64,000 nucleotides of DNA from an uncultured Methanosarcinales archaeon. Its GTDB lineage: Archaea; Nanobdellota; Nanobdellia; Woesearchaeales; CAXGTL01. Below, piece after piece: positions 63,758 through 64,000 of this stretch (positions are counted from its first letter, which is position 1; each line of letters begins with the position of its first letter). A program made the translations under genes and the position numbers. The notes beneath the pieces are model-generated. The model had not been told where the DNA came from. It made no database searches and saw only the letters and a list, made by a program, of their open reading frames with translations. The stretch covers positions 70,068 to 134,067 of the forward strand of contig CAZYAB010000003.1 in assembly GCA_964645705.1 (NCBI GenBank), given 5' to 3'.

Positions 63758-64000
63758 TTATTTTTTCTTTTTCTTTTCTTCTTTAGGTTTTTCTTCTTTT
63801 TTAGGCTTTTTTTCTTCTTCTAACCATTCTAATTTACCTAGTCCTTCTTGTCTCATTGTTAAACCTATTTTTGGATTTGCAATATCTTTAAAACTTGCTG
63901 CTATTAACCTAGCTTTGCACTTGTCGCCTATTTTTAATGTTCTTTTGCTTTCTTTACCTGTTAATACTTTTTCTTTTGAAAATGATACATAATCATCCAT
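63758..64000 (-). CDS. rpoE: RNA polymerase subunit E' (Rpb7-like), C-terminal S1-domain part only (N-terminus lies beyond the right edge), with a K/E tail
   Basis: The call rests on its position upstream of spt4-rps24e-rps27ae and on an S1-like end (LKIGDKCKARLIAAS). The frame is open to the window edge. Confidence 0.65.
   Translation of the reverse strand: MDDYVSFSKEKVLTGKESKRTLKIGDKCKARLIAASFKDIANPKIGLTMRQEGLGKLEWLEEEKKPKKEEKPKEEKKKKK

Overview
This window looks like a chromosomal segment from a very AT-rich archaeon with a small, DPANN/Nanoarchaeota-like genome. GC content was judged by eye and not computed. The signs are archaeal-type information-processing genes, short intergenic spacers, many 1-4 nt gene overlaps, a fused PriS-PriL primase, and lysine/glutamate-rich tails on many ribosomal proteins. 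About two thirds of the window is housekeeping. It holds the large minus-strand ribosomal protein operon L3 to L15-SecY (57448 to 43285). It also holds the S13-S4-S11-RpoD-L18e-L13-S9-RpoN block and an RpoE'-Spt4-S24e-S27ae block. Other core genes are PheRS alpha and beta, pyrophosphatase, PAN, RFC small subunit, FEN1, Hef, Hjc, TFE, EndA, RNase Z, Trm5, a TtuA-like thiolase, and the start of Pelota at the left edge. No rRNA, tRNA, CRISPR array, transposase or integrase was recognised. The parts worth a second look are these. (1) A candidate peptide-modification (RiPP-like) operon at 19078-22264, made of an unannotated 40-aa two-Cys peptide, a radical SAM/SPASM enzyme, a methyltransferase and an MFS exporter, with a divergent TrmB regulator. 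(2) A five-gene secreted/membrane surface module at 292-8960, including a 1168-aa polytopic protein that ends in a lytic-transglycosylase (SLT) domain and three tandem paralogous lipobox proteins sharing an unrecognised domain. (3) A family of about 45-50 bp C-rich intergenic repeats, seven clear and two degenerate copies, all in the same orientation and with a conserved four-tract i-motif/G-quadruplex-type pattern. (4) A 33-bp duplication of the secY 3' end flanking a 74-bp GC-rich hairpin insert. (5) A Trm5 methyltransferase interrupted by a nested xylose-isomerase/endonuclease-IV-like TIM barrel. (6) A candidate C/D box sRNA. All functional calls come from reading motifs in the translations; no database search was run.
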